This document shows, piece by piece, positions 26,649 to 41,983 of a stretch of DNA of 64,000 nt (its first letter is position 1; each line of letters begins with the position of its first letter). The notes beneath the pieces are model-generated. The model did not search any database and was not told where the DNA came from. It saw only the letters and a list, made by a program, of their open reading frames with translations. The stretch comes from the human T2T-CHM13v2.0 reference genome, Homo sapiens: assembly GCF_009914755.1 (NCBI RefSeq), contig NC_060942.1, one strand, 5' to 3'. Made by a program: the position numbers and the translations under genes.

Positions 26649-27425
26649 TAGCTTTGTATTCTCAGTATCTCAAAAGGCATGTGGCTGACAGAAAGTCTAC
26701 ACCAATCTCCACTGAATGCTGAGCGAGAGTATTTTTGGAGAAAAAAAATATAAAACACACTTTTGCGAAAACGGTGGCCCTAAAAGAGGAAAAGAATTTC
26801 ACCAATATAAATCCAATTTTATGAAAACTGACAATTTAATCCAAGAATCACTTTTGTAAATGAAGCTAGCAAGTGATGATATGATAAAATAAACGTGGAG
26901 GAAATAAAAACACAAGACTTGGCATAAGATATATCCACTTTTGATATTAAACTTGTGAAGCATATTCTTCGACAAATTGTGAAAGCGTTCCTGATCTTGC
27001 TTGTTCTCCATTTCAAATAAGGAGGCATATCACATCCCAAGAGTAACAGAAAAAGAAAAAAGACATTTTTGCATTTTGAGATGAACCAAAGACACAAAAC
27101 AAAATGAACAAAGTGTCATGTCTAATTCTAGCCTCTGAAATAAACCTTGAACATCTCCTACAAGGCACCGTGATTTTTGTAATTCTAACCTGAAGAAATG
27201 TGATGACTTTTGTGGACATGAAAATCAGATGAGAAAACTGTGGTCTTTCCAAAGCCTGAACTCCCCTGAAAACCTTTGCAAGTAAATTCTTTTACTTCTA
27301 AATACTTTTTTTCTGTCTTTCACAAACTCTAAGTACATAATCTGTACATATGTAAAATGTCAAACACACAAGTCAATGATGAACACAAAAAAGAAAGAAA
27401 TCACAATGTTATTTTAAAGACTTAC

Positions 27426-27610
27426 TTCGTAAGCTGAGCTAACTCAAATTCTAATAATCTCTTTGCTTCCAATAAAGTATTTATTTCCTGTTTCATCTGC
27501 TTTTCTAAACCTTTTAAATTGTCTGCCTCAAATGCTTGAGTCTTCAATTCATTTTGTAACAACAGCCGCTTATTTGATTCCTGCTCCAGTTGCAGGGTTA
27601 GATTCTTAAC
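27426..27610 (-). CDS. ROCK1: ROCK1 exon 20 (185 nt), VKNLTLQLEQESNKRLLLQNELK...FELAQLT(K)
   Basis: tcatag|GTT ... CGAA|gtaagt. Confidence 0.97.
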
Positions 27611-27900
27611 CTATGAATGAGAAAAATAATTGGGATCTTAAATCTCTTAAATAATTTATTAGACATTATTTGAAAGACTACTAACCAAATCAAGTACATT
27701 ATAATTCATGGTACTAGTAGAAAATATTAGTATTTTAAAGAGTCTTCATTGTTCCACGTGTTTATTACAGTAGATTTACTATTAAGTCAAATTAATTCCC
27801 AAATTTCAGACATGAGATCTTGTGGAGGGAAAAAAATTCTGGTTCCTTTCTACCCCAATCAGCATGAAAATTCTGTAGTACAAGGTGATTATAAAACTCA

Positions 27901-28186
<286 letters not shown>

Positions 28187-28932
28187 GCCATTCCTGGGGG
28201 AACATTTGAATGGAGTACTTAAATTTACCTGTCTACGTGCTCTACTCTACAACCCTTCAAAGCTTAACCAAACAAACTGAACGTATGTTTTATTCAACTC
28301 AACAAATATTTCTGAAGTGTTTATTAGGTGTTGGGACCAATGAACTCAAAATTCATACAGTGGTTTACAATGGCCTTCATGATCTGTTCTAATTCTATTC
28401 CTATCATTGGCCATTCTCTACAATCCAATCATATTCTTCAGATCCTCAAATGCAACAAATTCTCCCTCACCTCACATTTCTTGTACGCACTACTCCTGTT
28501 TTATCCTCCTTCATTTATTCATTCTTCAGCTCTCAAATGTCATACTCTTAGCAAGGCCTTCTGTAACTCCCAAATGTGATTAGTAATACACCCCTATAGC
28601 ATTCCGTACTTTCTTTCTAATTATTTGCAATGCTTGTAGTTACTATTTTAATATCTGTTTTTCCCTCCTGGCTGTAAGTTCCAACACAGTCAGGACCATA
28701 CCTATATCTTATTCACTTCGGTAACCCCCAATTCCTAGCACAGAGCCAAATAGGTAGTCAAAAATTATGTTTTTTAAATGACTGAATATTATCTTTCAAA
28801 TTTTGAACATACATTCCTCCTGCATGCTAGCTTTAATAGGTATCTCTAATTTCTCTTCTTTCTAGTCCATTCTATATACCACTACCAGATTGATTTTTCT
28901 AAAAGTGCTTTCACCTATAGCTCCCATGCAAG

Positions 28933-29235
28933 TTTTATTTTTTATTTTTTAGAGATAGGGTCTCACTCTGATGTCCAGGCTGAGTGCCATGGAGCAATCT
29001 TGGCTCACTGCAGCCTCGACCTCCTGAGGTGCAAGGAATCCTCCCACCTCAGCCTCCTGAGTAGCTGGAACTATAGGCATGCGACACCACACCTAGCTGA
29101 TTTTTGTATTTGAGATGGGGTTTCACCATGTTGCCTAGGCTGGTTTCAAACTCCTGAGCTTAAGCAATGTGCCCATCTGCCCACCTCAGCCTCCCGAAGT
29201 GCTGGGATTACAGGTGTCAGCCAACGTGCCTGGCC
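28933..29235 (-). mobile_element. Alu (J-type)
   Basis: Dimer; TSD approximately cccatg(c/g)aagtttt. Confidence 0.93.
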
Positions 29236-30024
29236 ACCCATGGAAGTTTTAAAGAGTATCGATACTTTGGCCTACAAATTTCTCCCATGACTACTCAACA
29301 TGTCTTCGTTTTTCCTTCAAAAAGTTAAAGTTCTATCAAGTTCCTTTTTATGCCTTCCTTATGCATCTTCTTATCCAGCCGGTACTCACTTTATTATCCA
29401 TCTCTTTACTGATAATATTCCCTCTAGCAAGTAAAGCCCTGACTCCAAAACTATTACCTTTTGAAGTCTTACTCAACCTTTAAAATCTAGGTAACATGTT
29501 ACATCTTCTTGAAAAGGCTTTCCTACTTTCAGTCTTAGAAATAATTTCTAAAGTACATATAGTAACCACCAGGACATACTGTCATTTTATCTGTTTATTA
29601 ACTGCTTTATAAAATGTATACCCTGTGCTATCAATCTAAGCCAGGAAAGACTGCAGTTAAACACTTTTATTGAAATCTAAGAGCAATGCTCTTTTCTTTG
29701 GGGATATAAGATGCATTATAATAAAGACTTTTTTTTTCTTTAAAGCAGATGGTCAGTTTTTTCAGGGAAGGAACTATGACATTTCAATATAGTTGTACTG
29801 TCATAGTGAAAAATGGCATAGATCACACAGAGTGAATGTTCAATAACTATTTGAAGAGGAAAATTCTAGGTGCTGGGGTGACCATACAGCAGTGAACACA
29901 GACCCATGTCAATTATTTCATTCAAATCTCCTTCATGGTGTTTAAATTATAGATAACTCCAGTCATAACTTATATAACCGTTTCTCTTTTAATAGATGAA
30001 CAAAGTCAGTACTATTTTTCTTAC

Positions 30025-30185
30025 TTCATCCTCCATCCTTTCTTTATTTCCAGTCAAATGTTCTAGTTTCTGCTGAGATTGCTTCAGATCAACGTCTAGC
30101 ATGGAACACTGTTTCTCAATCTGAACAACCCGATTTTCAGCCTTCTCTCGAGCTTCTCTTTCTTCTTTCAGCTTTTTTTCCATCT
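30025..30185 (-). CDS. ROCK1: ROCK1 exon 19 (161 nt), (E)MEKKLKEEREAREKAENR...KERMEDE
   Basis: tcccag|AG ... GAA|gtaaga; ORF 29989..30183. Confidence 0.97.
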
Positions 30186-31139
30186 CTGGGAAAGCAAAAA
30201 GTTACAAACATACATTTAAAGAAAGAGTACTTTAACACATTTCACTTTATATGGGCTGTAAACTGGTTTCAAATGTCTCTATTGTTTTTATTCTGGGACT
30301 TGAATAGAGCTAGTAATTATAGAAATTCTCACATTATGTAAACTATTTATATAGCAGAAATCTCTAAAGAAAAGGAGTTATAAAATATAATACAGTAATA
30401 AAATCTTCTAAACCCAGCTCTTGCCCAGTGATGAGAGATTAATCGGTACCACTTTCAGACAAGAAGGTGAAGAGTATAGCTAGAAAGGAAGTGAATTAAC
30501 AAAGAACAATGAACATACATCAAGCAAAAGCAGAAAAATAAGGCTGTGGTTATTAATTTATACCCTGCATTGTTCCAGAAAAGGTTGAAGAGGCTTAAGG
30601 CTATGGTAGGAACTCCAATTTATACAATTCAGATGAATAAGATTCCACAGTAGTATACCTCTTTTAATTATTACTGGAATATATTAGTCTACACTGAGGC
30701 TCCTTTTTTGAAATATAACTAAGCTTCTGAGAGGTTAACTTTTCCATGTTCATGTAACTAGTAAGTTGCCCCATAAGGATTCAAGTTTATTTAAAGTGTG
30801 CTTTCCCACTCTTGGAGACCACCCTCTAGGTGACAAAATATAAACTATTAAATAAATATAAATAAACTATTCCTTATCTTTCCCCCCAAACTTACAAACT
30901 TAGCTGCACCAATAAAACTGTCACCTCTTAAGACCCTTCTGTTTAATCAAACACAAATCCATCCACTATGTTCTTCTGACTCTTGGTATCTCTCTCCTGA
31001 GCTCCAGACTTAGATACCAATTGACTATTTAACATCTCCACCTAGATATCTAATAATCTTATTAAAGTTAACATATCCACAATAGATGCCTTTACTTCTG
31101 GCCTATCCCCAAACCACTCCAACCCCAGTTAGACTCAGT

Positions 31140-31442
31140 CTTTTTTTTTTCTTTTTTTGAGATGGTGTCTCGCTCTGTTGCCCAGGATGGAATACAGTGG
31201 TGCAATCTCGATTCACTGCAACTTCCGCCTCCTGGATTCTAAGAATACTCCTGCCTCAGTCTCCTGAGTAGCTGAGATTACAGGTACGCACCACTACACG
31301 CAGCTAATTTTTGTATTTTTCAGTAGAGATGGGGGTTTCACCATGTTGCCCAGGCTGGTCTCAAACTCCTGACCTCAAATAATCTGCCTGCCTTGCCCTC
31401 CCAAAGTGCTAGCATTACAGGTGTGGGTCCCCGCACCCGGCC
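31140..31442 (-). mobile_element. Alu
   Basis: Full dimer. Confidence 0.93.
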
Positions 31443-32977
31443 TCTTTCTATCCAATTCATCACTCTTCTCCTCTATACCTCGACTTCTTTCCCTCTCTAC
31501 TACTACCAGTGTTTACAGCGTATAGCTTTCTAACTGATCTCCCTTTTTATCACTGTTCTCACTCTTGAAAGCATTCCCCACAGAGCAGCGGGAATGATCT
31601 TTTAAAAATATAAATTACACATCCCAGAAGCTTAAAATGTGCTAGTGGCTTAATACAAATCTTAGAATAAGAATACTGAACTTACTATCACTTCTGCCTG
31701 TAATGCACTTTCTCCAGCTCATTTAACAGGTGGTTCATTTTGACTTTCAGTTCTTACCTCAAATATTACTAGCTCAGAAAGCCTTCCTCAGAACCCCCAT
31801 CCAGGGCAGTGCCAAGTCAAAACAATCATATTAATATGTATTTCCTTCCCATTAATAATTACAAGCTGTATGTATTTTCATTTATGTATTATTATTTTTT
31901 TTTGTCTATATTCACTATCTGAATGTAATCTCCGGGCTTCCTGTCAGTTTTATTCTCTGCGATATTCCCAGCTGTGCCTTGTCTGTAGGCAGTCAATAAT
32001 TAACTTAAGTGAAGGAAATAAAAGAAGCTCAATATGGCTGAAGCACAGGGTACACACAACAAAGTGTAGGGTAGTAAGATTGTAAAGACAGGCAGGTGTC
32101 AACTTAAAGATTCTATATATACAAGGAGTTTGAAAGGTACCCTGCAAACAATGAAAAGCCACTAAAGGATTTTAAGGACAACCAAAATACGATTTGACTA
32201 AAAAGGAAAATTGTTCTAACCTAAGTGAGAATGACTGATGAGTAGAACAACTCTTGGCAAGATGATGATGTGATGTTCAGTAGCCAAGATAATAGCTACT
32301 GAAAACTTTCTATGCACAGGCACTTTACATGCATTTTTCATCTAACTTAGAATAGTTACAGAGCAACATTGATCTGTCTGATTCCAAAGCCTTAGCTCAT
32401 AAAGACCATATGGCCATTAACTAGGTTAGTGAGAATAAAGAATAAGAGCAGGTTTGATGGATGAGATTATGAGCTTTCTTTTGAGCAAAAATAATTTAAG
32501 ATGCCAACACATCCAGACTGTAGTAGGTTAAGAATAAGCAGAAGGTGAGGAAAAGACTTTTAGAAGTTTGGATATTTTTTAATTTTTTTCTATAAAGAAT
32601 CTGACACCATTGAAGTTTGACTATTTTATTAATTTATTTGAAATAAAACAGTAGTAATTAGTAAGGATGACAGATTGCTGCATGGATTTGTCTCTGTTTT
32701 AAGATGGGAGACTTGTTCATGTTTACAGTAAGAAGATAATGGAGGTAAAAAGGTTGATATAGAAAAGAAAAAGAGAAAAGAAGTTAAGATGAGATGAGAG
32801 GAGCTTACCCTCCTTTAAGATAACAGTGAAGATAATGAAGACAGGTAAAGAATAGGATAGATTGACAAGAAAACTAGATTTTGAGGAGTTCACACCTATG
32901 CTTTCATTATTTACTTGTGAAATAAGAATAAAATTCACCTAAAACTGGAGTGATAAAGAAACGGCACAGGAAACTTA

Positions 32978-33196
<219 letters not shown>

Positions 33197-33505
33197 TCAG
33201 GTTGCAGATAATGCATTGGACTAACACTCAACTGCCTGAAGAAAGTGGCTGGCTGGTCTGAACTAGGGTTGTGTTTGGAGGCATAACACAGTGGAAGTAC
33301 AAAGAAATGAGAAAACTGAGGGTACAAAGCAAGATAGCAGATGAATTAGCAGATGATGAGGTCCAGAGTGGATCATAAAGAAAATCAAGGAAAGGGCTAC
33401 TAAAAAACAGAGAAAAGACAGATTCCACTAACTTTTATAGGAAACAGAGTAGTAAACTGAGGGAACTAGAAGGTGAAATTGTGATCTTAAAAAATGGAAA
33501 GCATT

Positions 33506-33795
33506 GCCAGGCATGGTGTTTCATGCCTGTAATCCCAGCACTTTGGGAGGCCGAAGTCAGGAGTTCGAGACCAGCCTGTCCAACATAGTGAAACGCTGTC
33601 TCTACTAAAAATACAAAAATTAGCCGGGCATGGTGTCGGGTGCCTGTAATCCCAGCTACTCGGGAGGCTGAGGCAGGAGAATTGCTTGAACCTGGAGGCA
33701 GAGACTGCATTGAGCCAAGATCACACCATTGCACTCCAGCATGGGAGACAAGAGCAAAACTTCGTCTCAAAAAAAAAAAAAAAAAAAAAAAAAAA
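33506..33795 (+). mobile_element. Alu with a small left-arm deletion
   Basis: Dimer with long A tail. Confidence 0.93.
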
Positions 33796-33842
33796 GGAAA
33801 GTATCAAAAGGAAGGCATCCTCTTCTTGATTATAATTTATAA

Positions 33843-34134
<292 letters not shown>

Positions 34135-34250
34135 TATAATTTATATTATACTTTCTACGAGTTAAAGAGTACAAAATTTTGACCAAAACCAAATTTTTTC
34201 TAGTCACTATTTAAAGTCAATTTTGTAAAAATATTAAAACTGACACTTAC

Positions 34251-34401
34251 CACACATTGCCACAGACTTTGCCTCTTCAATAGATTGATGTTTGTCAGTT
34301 AAACGAGCTTTGGTTACTTTGTGTTCATTTACCTCTTGTTCTAACCGTTGTTGTAATGATTTAAGTTTGTAGTTTAAATCTATCTCTAAATTATTCTTTT
34401 C
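34251..34401 (-). CDS. ROCK1: ROCK1 exon 18 (151 nt), EKNNLEIDLNYKLKSLQQRLEQEVNEHK...KSVAMC
   Basis: ttacag|GAA ... TGTG|gtaagt; ORF 34234..34521. Confidence 0.97.
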
Positions 34402-34699
34402 CTGTAAAATGGGAGTAGGAGTCATGTAATAAACTGTGCAGAAGGCATGCATGTTAGTAAATCTTACATTTAATATTCTGGAAGAGATATGATGCCTTAT
34501 TTTAAAAATCACAATAAACACATATAATTAAAAGCAAAAGATAATCTTTTCTTTACCCCCTCCCTTCCCATTTGAATCATTAATCATGGCGGAGGGCAGA
34601 ACAAGGCTGTGCTGGTGGTTATGTTCAGGACAGTTCATTGCTAAGATCGGAAATGAATAAGACAAATTTTCAGTTTATTTAAAAATTTCTGATACCATC

Positions 34700-35012
34700 T
34701 TTTTTTTTCTTTTCTTTTTTTTTTAAAGAGATGAGGTCTCACTCTGTCACCCAGGCTGGAGTGCAGTGGCACCTTCTCAGCTCACTGCAGCCTTGAACTC
34801 CTGGGCTCAAGCTATCCTCCAGCCTTAGCCTCTGGAGTGGCTAGTATTACAGGCATATGCCACCACACCTGGCTAATTTTTAAGCATTTTTTTGTAGAGA
34901 TGGGGTCTCGCTCCACTGCCCAGGCTATTCTCAAATTCCTGGGCTCAAGCAATCCTCCTGTGTCAGCCTCCCAAAGTGTTGGGTCTACAGGCATGAGCCA
35001 CCTTGCCTGGCC
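34700..35012 (-). mobile_element. Alu (J-type)
   Basis: Full dimer. Confidence 0.93.
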
Positions 35013-35905
35013 TGCTACCACTTTAAAAAAATATATTAAATCATCTTTATCTACATTTGCATCTATATCCACATTTACTTTGCTTTCACAAAAAAACAAA
35101 AACAAAAAACAAACAAAAAAACCCCACAAAGTATCCTGTGGCAAGTCATTGATATAGAAAGGAAAAATGAGTCAAAATATATTCCATTTCTGTTTGGGTA
35201 CCCTTTTCTACTCTTCAAGCTTCTTTTATCCTATGTCCACATTTACACCAGCTTGGCCATCAAAAACTATTCTAATTGTGACAAAACATGTCCAAAGGAC
35301 AAGATAAGTAGTGGCTTTTCTGATAATTTACCTGAGGTTCTATTGAACCTCCAACATTTCAGAGGCTTTGAAAAAGTGACAGCTGTATCTCTATATCATC
35401 TATTTAACTCTTAGCTAGGTATATAACAGAGAATAACCAATGAAATTTTTATTGTTAAGAAAATTCTAAATGCAAAGGCCAATCACTTTATGCTCTTTTC
35501 TATTTTGCTAACTGTAAAACAACAGAACAGGTACTCATCATCTACCACGTACTGATCTGTTGTTTTCCTTCTTCATAAGCCCTCACAGCACATTCATCTT
35601 ACTCATGTACAAAGAAAATAGGAAAACATACTTTATAAAAAGGTATTTCCAAACCAAAGGAATCTGTGATGATCTGTTAACATGAAACATCTAATGCTCT
35701 CTAGGGTAAAAACAAAAATAACAAATAACAAAACCCTAAATAAGACATACATACAGCCCCACATACAACCAATCAAACATAAAAACTTTTAGAAATGTAA
35801 CTATATAAACATTAAGAATAAATGCTATTTTATAAAACCACCTAGTAGTCTATGATAATCAGTAATTACTATTTTATAATAATTGGTATATGTTAAATCA
35901 TTTAC

Positions 35906-36012
35906 CTTTTCTGAGTGATTAAGCATGTCTTGAGCCTCTTTTCTTTCTCCTTCCACTTTTTCGAGATTATGTTTGAGATGCTTCACCTCCTCTTGTAAAG
36001 ATGTAATTCGAG
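35906..36012 (-). CDS. ROCK1: ROCK1 exon 17 (107 nt), (A)RITSLQEEVKHLKHNLEKVEGERKEAQDMLNHSEK
   Basis: tgatag|CT ... AAG|gtaaat; ORF 35825..36079. Confidence 0.97.
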
Positions 36013-36287
36013 CTATCAAGTGAGAAAAAAGTTCAAGTCTGTAGTCATTGAAAGAAGTCTTTTTGTTCAGTATTGACAATTTAGTTTTTAAAAAATGTTT
36101 TTTTAATGTATTAAGTTTCCTGATCCGATAAGATTTTATTAAGTGTTTTCACAATAAACACAAGATATGGAATAAAAATATTAATGCTAATTGGATATAA
36201 TCTAGTGCATATTCCTTATTTACAAGTAGCCAAAGAGATGAAGCCTCAGCTTGAGCTAGAAATCAGATCCAAGTCCTTACTGAGTGC

Positions 36288-36573
36288 TTTTTTTTTGAGA
36301 CGGAGTCTCGCTCTGTTGCCCAGGCTGGAGTGCAGTGGCACAAGCTCAGCTCACTGCAAGCTCTGCCTCCAGGTTCACGCCATTCTCCTGCCTCAGCCTC
36401 CCGAGTAGCTGGGACTACAGGCGCCTGCCACCAGGCCCGGCTAATTTTTGTATATTTAGTAGAGACGGGGTTTCACCTTGTTAGCCAGGATGGTCTCAAT
36501 CCCCTGACCTCGTGATCCGCCTGCTTCAGCCTCCAAAAGTGCTGGGATTACAGGTGTGAGCCACCGCGCCCGG
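36288..36573 (-). mobile_element. AluY-like
   Basis: TSD actgagtgct; AluY diagnostics. Confidence 0.94.
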
Positions 36574-37426
36574 CACTGAGTGCTCTTTCTAACCACATTA
36601 AAGGTGAGAGCCTTTAGTTAATTAAGGCAAGTATTAAGTGGTCCATATGTGCCAGACACTGCAAAGTGTTTAATAAAATTACTTTTAAACTTAATGGAGC
36701 CAAACTCTATTTTCACAGAAAACTAAGTTTTTAAGGAATTCAAGTACTCTAACAAAGCTTAGTTTTAACTTACCTGATGTTCGTGCCTTGCAATGGTAGT
36801 AACTCATATATTTAGTAATTGTCTACTCATTAAAACATGCTTTAACCTTACAGGTATTTAAGGCATAAATATTTAATAAACACACAAATTTAACACATGT
36901 AGTATCTGACTTAATATATTGTCTAGCTTAAAATAAAAATTATATTTTCATATTTTGTAATTCAAAGTGGCCTAGGATTTGACAAGGAAAATAGATGAAG
37001 TACCAGATGGGCCAGTAAAACTTCTGTACTACTCAAAGTACAGTTTGACTTACTGTACTTGTCCCACTCTCAAATGTACTCTAGTCACCTCCCATATTTC
37101 AGGGTTTCTAAAGTAGTTATTTAATAAACAAATAAATATTAAATCTTTGGCACCTGATAATGCATATCTGCTAGATTAGTTCTAGATCTAGAAAACAATG
37201 AAATAAATAATTTTATTTACACACTCAAGATATTTTCATGTTGCAGTAAGTTCATGTAGGAGAAAGAAACAGCTGCCGCTTTCTTTCAAATAATTGACCA
37301 AAAATACAGAGTATATGTGTGTTTGTGTGGACAGAGATAAAGCAAATGTGCTAAGATGTTTAAATGTTGAAGTGCTATTTAGAAATTATAATTTAAAAAA
37401 TAAATGATATAATTATCTTTAAAATA

Positions 37427-37636
37427 GGCCAGGTGTAGTGGTTCATGCCTGTAATCTCAGCACTTTGGGAGGCTGAGGCAGGCAGATTGCCTGAGCTCAG
37501 GAGTTTGAGATCAGCTTAGCCAACATGGTGAAACCCTGTCTCAAATACAAAAATCAGCTGGGTGTGGTGACACAAGTCTATAGTCCCAGCTACTTGGGAG
37601 ACTGAGGTGGGAGGATCGCCTGAGCCCAGGAGTTCT
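37427..37636 (+). mobile_element. 3'-truncated Alu (J-type)
   Basis: Ends at cccaggagttc. Confidence 0.88.
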
Positions 37637-38174
37637 AGGAGAAAATCTGTTTTAAAAATCATTTTAAAAAATCTGTACAAAGATAGTAATTCAGATTAAT
37701 CTTTGAATTTTTCATGTAGAAGCAGCTTACTGCAAACCAACTCCTAAGGAGACAAGATAATAAACTATATGGGTTGAATCCACGCAAGATTCCTAGCAAC
37801 CACATGAAAGAGACAAATTAAGTATAGTTTATTTTCCTCATTTACTCTGTCTGAAAAGAAATGTCGGAAATAAACTAGAACTTACCTGTGCAATACACGA
37901 AAGCAAAGAAGCTTTATATACAGAAAATATAAAAACATAATGGGAGGAATAAGGGCCCAAACACTAGGTATCATAATCTAAGTTGATTAAAACAAAATTT
38001 CTAAAAGCTAATAGAAGATATTATCTTCATAATCTAGTCAAAGACTTTTTCGATAGGCCACACTAAAAACCACACTAACAATAAAGAAAAAACTAGATAC
38101 ACTGGACTACATCAAATACAAGAAATTAAGACCTTTTGCTTATCCAAAAGCAGCACTGAAGAGTGAAAATGTTC

Positions 38175-38390
38175 CCACCATGCAGTAGACTGACTATAGT
38201 TAACAATAACATACTGCATATTTCAAAATAGCTAGAAGAGATGATTTTGAATGTTCTCACCATAGAGAAATGACAAATGTTTGAGGAGATGTACATACTA
38301 ATTACCCTAATTTGATCATTACACATTGCATATACGTACCAAAACATCCCATAAGTATGTACAATTATTATGTGTCAATTAAAAATAAAA
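38175..38390 (+). mobile_element. L1MA-type 3' end
   Basis: gactatagttaacaataac...tttcaaaatagctagaagag...tgtcaattaaaaataaaa. Confidence 0.85.
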
Positions 38391-40911
38391 CAGGGGGAGG
38401 CAGAGAAGGGCCAAATAGAAGCCTCCACCGATTGTCCTCTCTGCAGGAACACCAATTTGAACAACCATTCGCACAGAAAAGCACCTTCATAAGAACCAAC
38501 AATCAGCTTAGTGATATATATCAGCTTGGCCATGGTGGGGTACAGCACCAAGCAGGCTCTTGGGGGTCCCCAATTCCAGGTCCTGGTTCTTGGATGGCAT
38601 TTCTGGACCTGCTCTGGGCCAGAGAGGAGCCCACTGCCCTGAAGGGAGAGTCCCAAGCCTGGCAGCATTGAGACCCAGTGCTGTGCTGGCTTCAGGTCTG
38701 ACCCAGCACAGTTCCAGTGGTGGTGGCTACAAGGGTGATTGTGTAACCCCTCCCCACCCTCTCCCTGGCAGCTCAGCGCAGAGAGACTCCATTTGTTTGG
38801 GAGAAAGGGAAGAGAACAGAGCCTCTGCATTATAATACAGATAATTCTTCCACATCTTACCCAAAACCACCAACATGGTTCCTCTAAGAGTCTGCAAGAG
38901 CCACAGTATTACTGGGCTTCGGATGCCTCCTAATACAGATATGGCTACAGTGACCAAAAACTTAAATCACAACACCTAAGTCCCTTCGAATACCTGGAAA
39001 GCCTTTCCAAAAATGACAGGTACAAACAAGCCCAGACTGCAATGACTACAATAAATACCTAACTCTTCAATGCCCAGACACCAACAAACAACCACAAACA
39101 TCACGACCATTCAGGAAAACATAATCTCACCAAAGAAACTAAATAAGGCCCCAGGGACCAATCCTGGAGAGACAGAGATATAAGACCTTTCAGACAGAGA
39201 ATTTAAAATAGCTGTTTTGAGGAAAATCAAAGAAATTCAAGATAAAACAAAGAAGGAATTCAGAATCCCATCAGATAAATTTAACAAAAAGACTGAAATA
39301 AGTACAAAGAATCAAGCTGAAATTCCGGAGTTGAAAAATGCAACCGACATACTGAAGAATGCATCAGGGTCTCTTACCAGCAGAAATGTTCAAGCAAAAG
39401 AAAGTATTAGTGAGCTTGAAGACAGACTATTTGAAAATACAGTCATAGGAGACAAAAAAGAATTAAAAAGAATGGAACATGCATATAAGATCTAGAAAAT
39501 AGCCTCAAAAGAGAGTATCTAAGAGTTATTAGCCTTAAAGAGCAGGCAGAAAGAGAGATAGGGGTAGAAAGTTTACTCAAAGGGTAATAATACAGAACTT
39601 CCCAAATCTAGAAAAAGATACCAATATTCAAGCACAAGAAGGTTCTAAGGGTTCAGAGGTCTGACTCAGCACAGTTCCAGGGTGGTGGCCATAGGGTAAT
39701 GGTAAGTACACTGAAAAACACTACTGTAACACTGCAATTGCAGTGTATAAATTATTCATATCTTGGGTAGAGAGACTAAAAGAACTGATCAAAAATAACA
39801 ACTATAATACTTTCCAAGAGGCAGTAAGATTATAAATAGAAGCAACGAAAAGTTAAGATGCAGGGGACTAAGTTAAAGTGTAGAGTTTGTATTAGTTTTC
39901 TCTTTGCTTGTTTGTTAGTTTGTTAATGCCATCACTGTTAAGTCATCATCAGTTTAAAATAACGGGTTAGAGGATATTATTTGCAAGCCTCATGGTAACC
40001 TCAAATCAAAAGACATACAACAGATAGATACCCAAAAAATAAGCAGCAAGAAATTAAAACCTATCACCAGAGAAAATCATGTTCATTAAGCAGAAACAGG
40101 AAGGAAAGAAGGAAGAGAAGACCACAAAACAATCACAAAAAAATAACAAAATGGCAGGAGTATGTCCCTACTTATTAACAATAACAGTGAATGCAGATGA
40201 ACTAAACTGCCCAATCGAAAGACATGGAGTGGCTGAATGGACCAAAAAACAAACAAATAAAAAAACAAAAAAACAGAACCCAATGATCTGTTGACTACAA
40301 GAAACACACTTCATGTATAAAGGTACACATAGACATACACAGAAAAAACAAGGGGATGGAAACAGATATTCCATGCCAATTAAAACAAAAACAAAAACAA
40401 AAAAAGAGCAGTAGCAGTTATACTTGTATCAGACAAAATAGATTTCAAGACAAAAACTATAAAAAGGCACAGAAAAGGTCATAATGTAATGATAAAGGGG
40501 TCAATTCAGCAAGAGAATATAACAATTGTAAATACAGATGCACCCAACACTGGAGCAACCAGATATATAAAGCAGATATTGTTAGAGCTAAAGACAGGGA
40601 TAGACCCCAATCCTGGAGACTTCAACTCCTCACTTTCAGCACTGGACAGATCACCTAGACAGAAAATCAACAAAGAAAAATCAGATTTAATCTGCACTAT
40701 AGACCAAATGGGACCTCATAAATATTTACAGAACATTTCATCCAACAGCCACAGAATATACATTCTCCTTAGCATGAGGATCATTCTCAAGGACAGACCA
40801 TATGTTACTCCACAAAGCAAGTCTTGAAAAATTCAAAAAAAGTAAAATTATATCATGTATCTATCTTCTCTGACCACAATGAAACAAAACTAGAAATCAA
40901 CAACAAGTGGA

Positions 40912-41251
<340 letters not shown>

Positions 41252-41644
41252 TAAAGAATATGCTCCTGAATGACCAGCGGATTGATGAAGAAATTAAGAA
41301 GAAAATTAAAATATTTCCTGAAACAAATGATAATGAAAACAAAACATACAAAAGCCAATGGGATACAGTGAAAGCAGTACAAGAAAGCTTATAGCTCTGA
41401 GCATCTACATCAAAAAGGTAGAAAAAGTTTCAATAAACAACTTAATGATACATCTTAAAGAACTAGAAAAGCCAGAGCAAATCAAACCCAAAATTAGTAG
41501 AAGAAAATAAATAATAAAGATCAGACACATGCAACCTACCAAGATTAAACCATGAAGAAATCCAAAACCTAAACAGACAAATAACAAGTAATGAGATCTA
41601 AGCTGTAATAAAAAGTCTTCCAGCAAATAAAAGCCCAGGACTGA

Positions 41645-41983
<339 letters not shown>

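Noticed and set aside
38312-40827. Longest non-ROCK1 ORFs (38375..38830, 39217..39495, 40489..40827)
   Set aside because: They lie in a decayed L1 5'UTR/ORF1/ORF2 with stops, frameshifts and Alu insertions.
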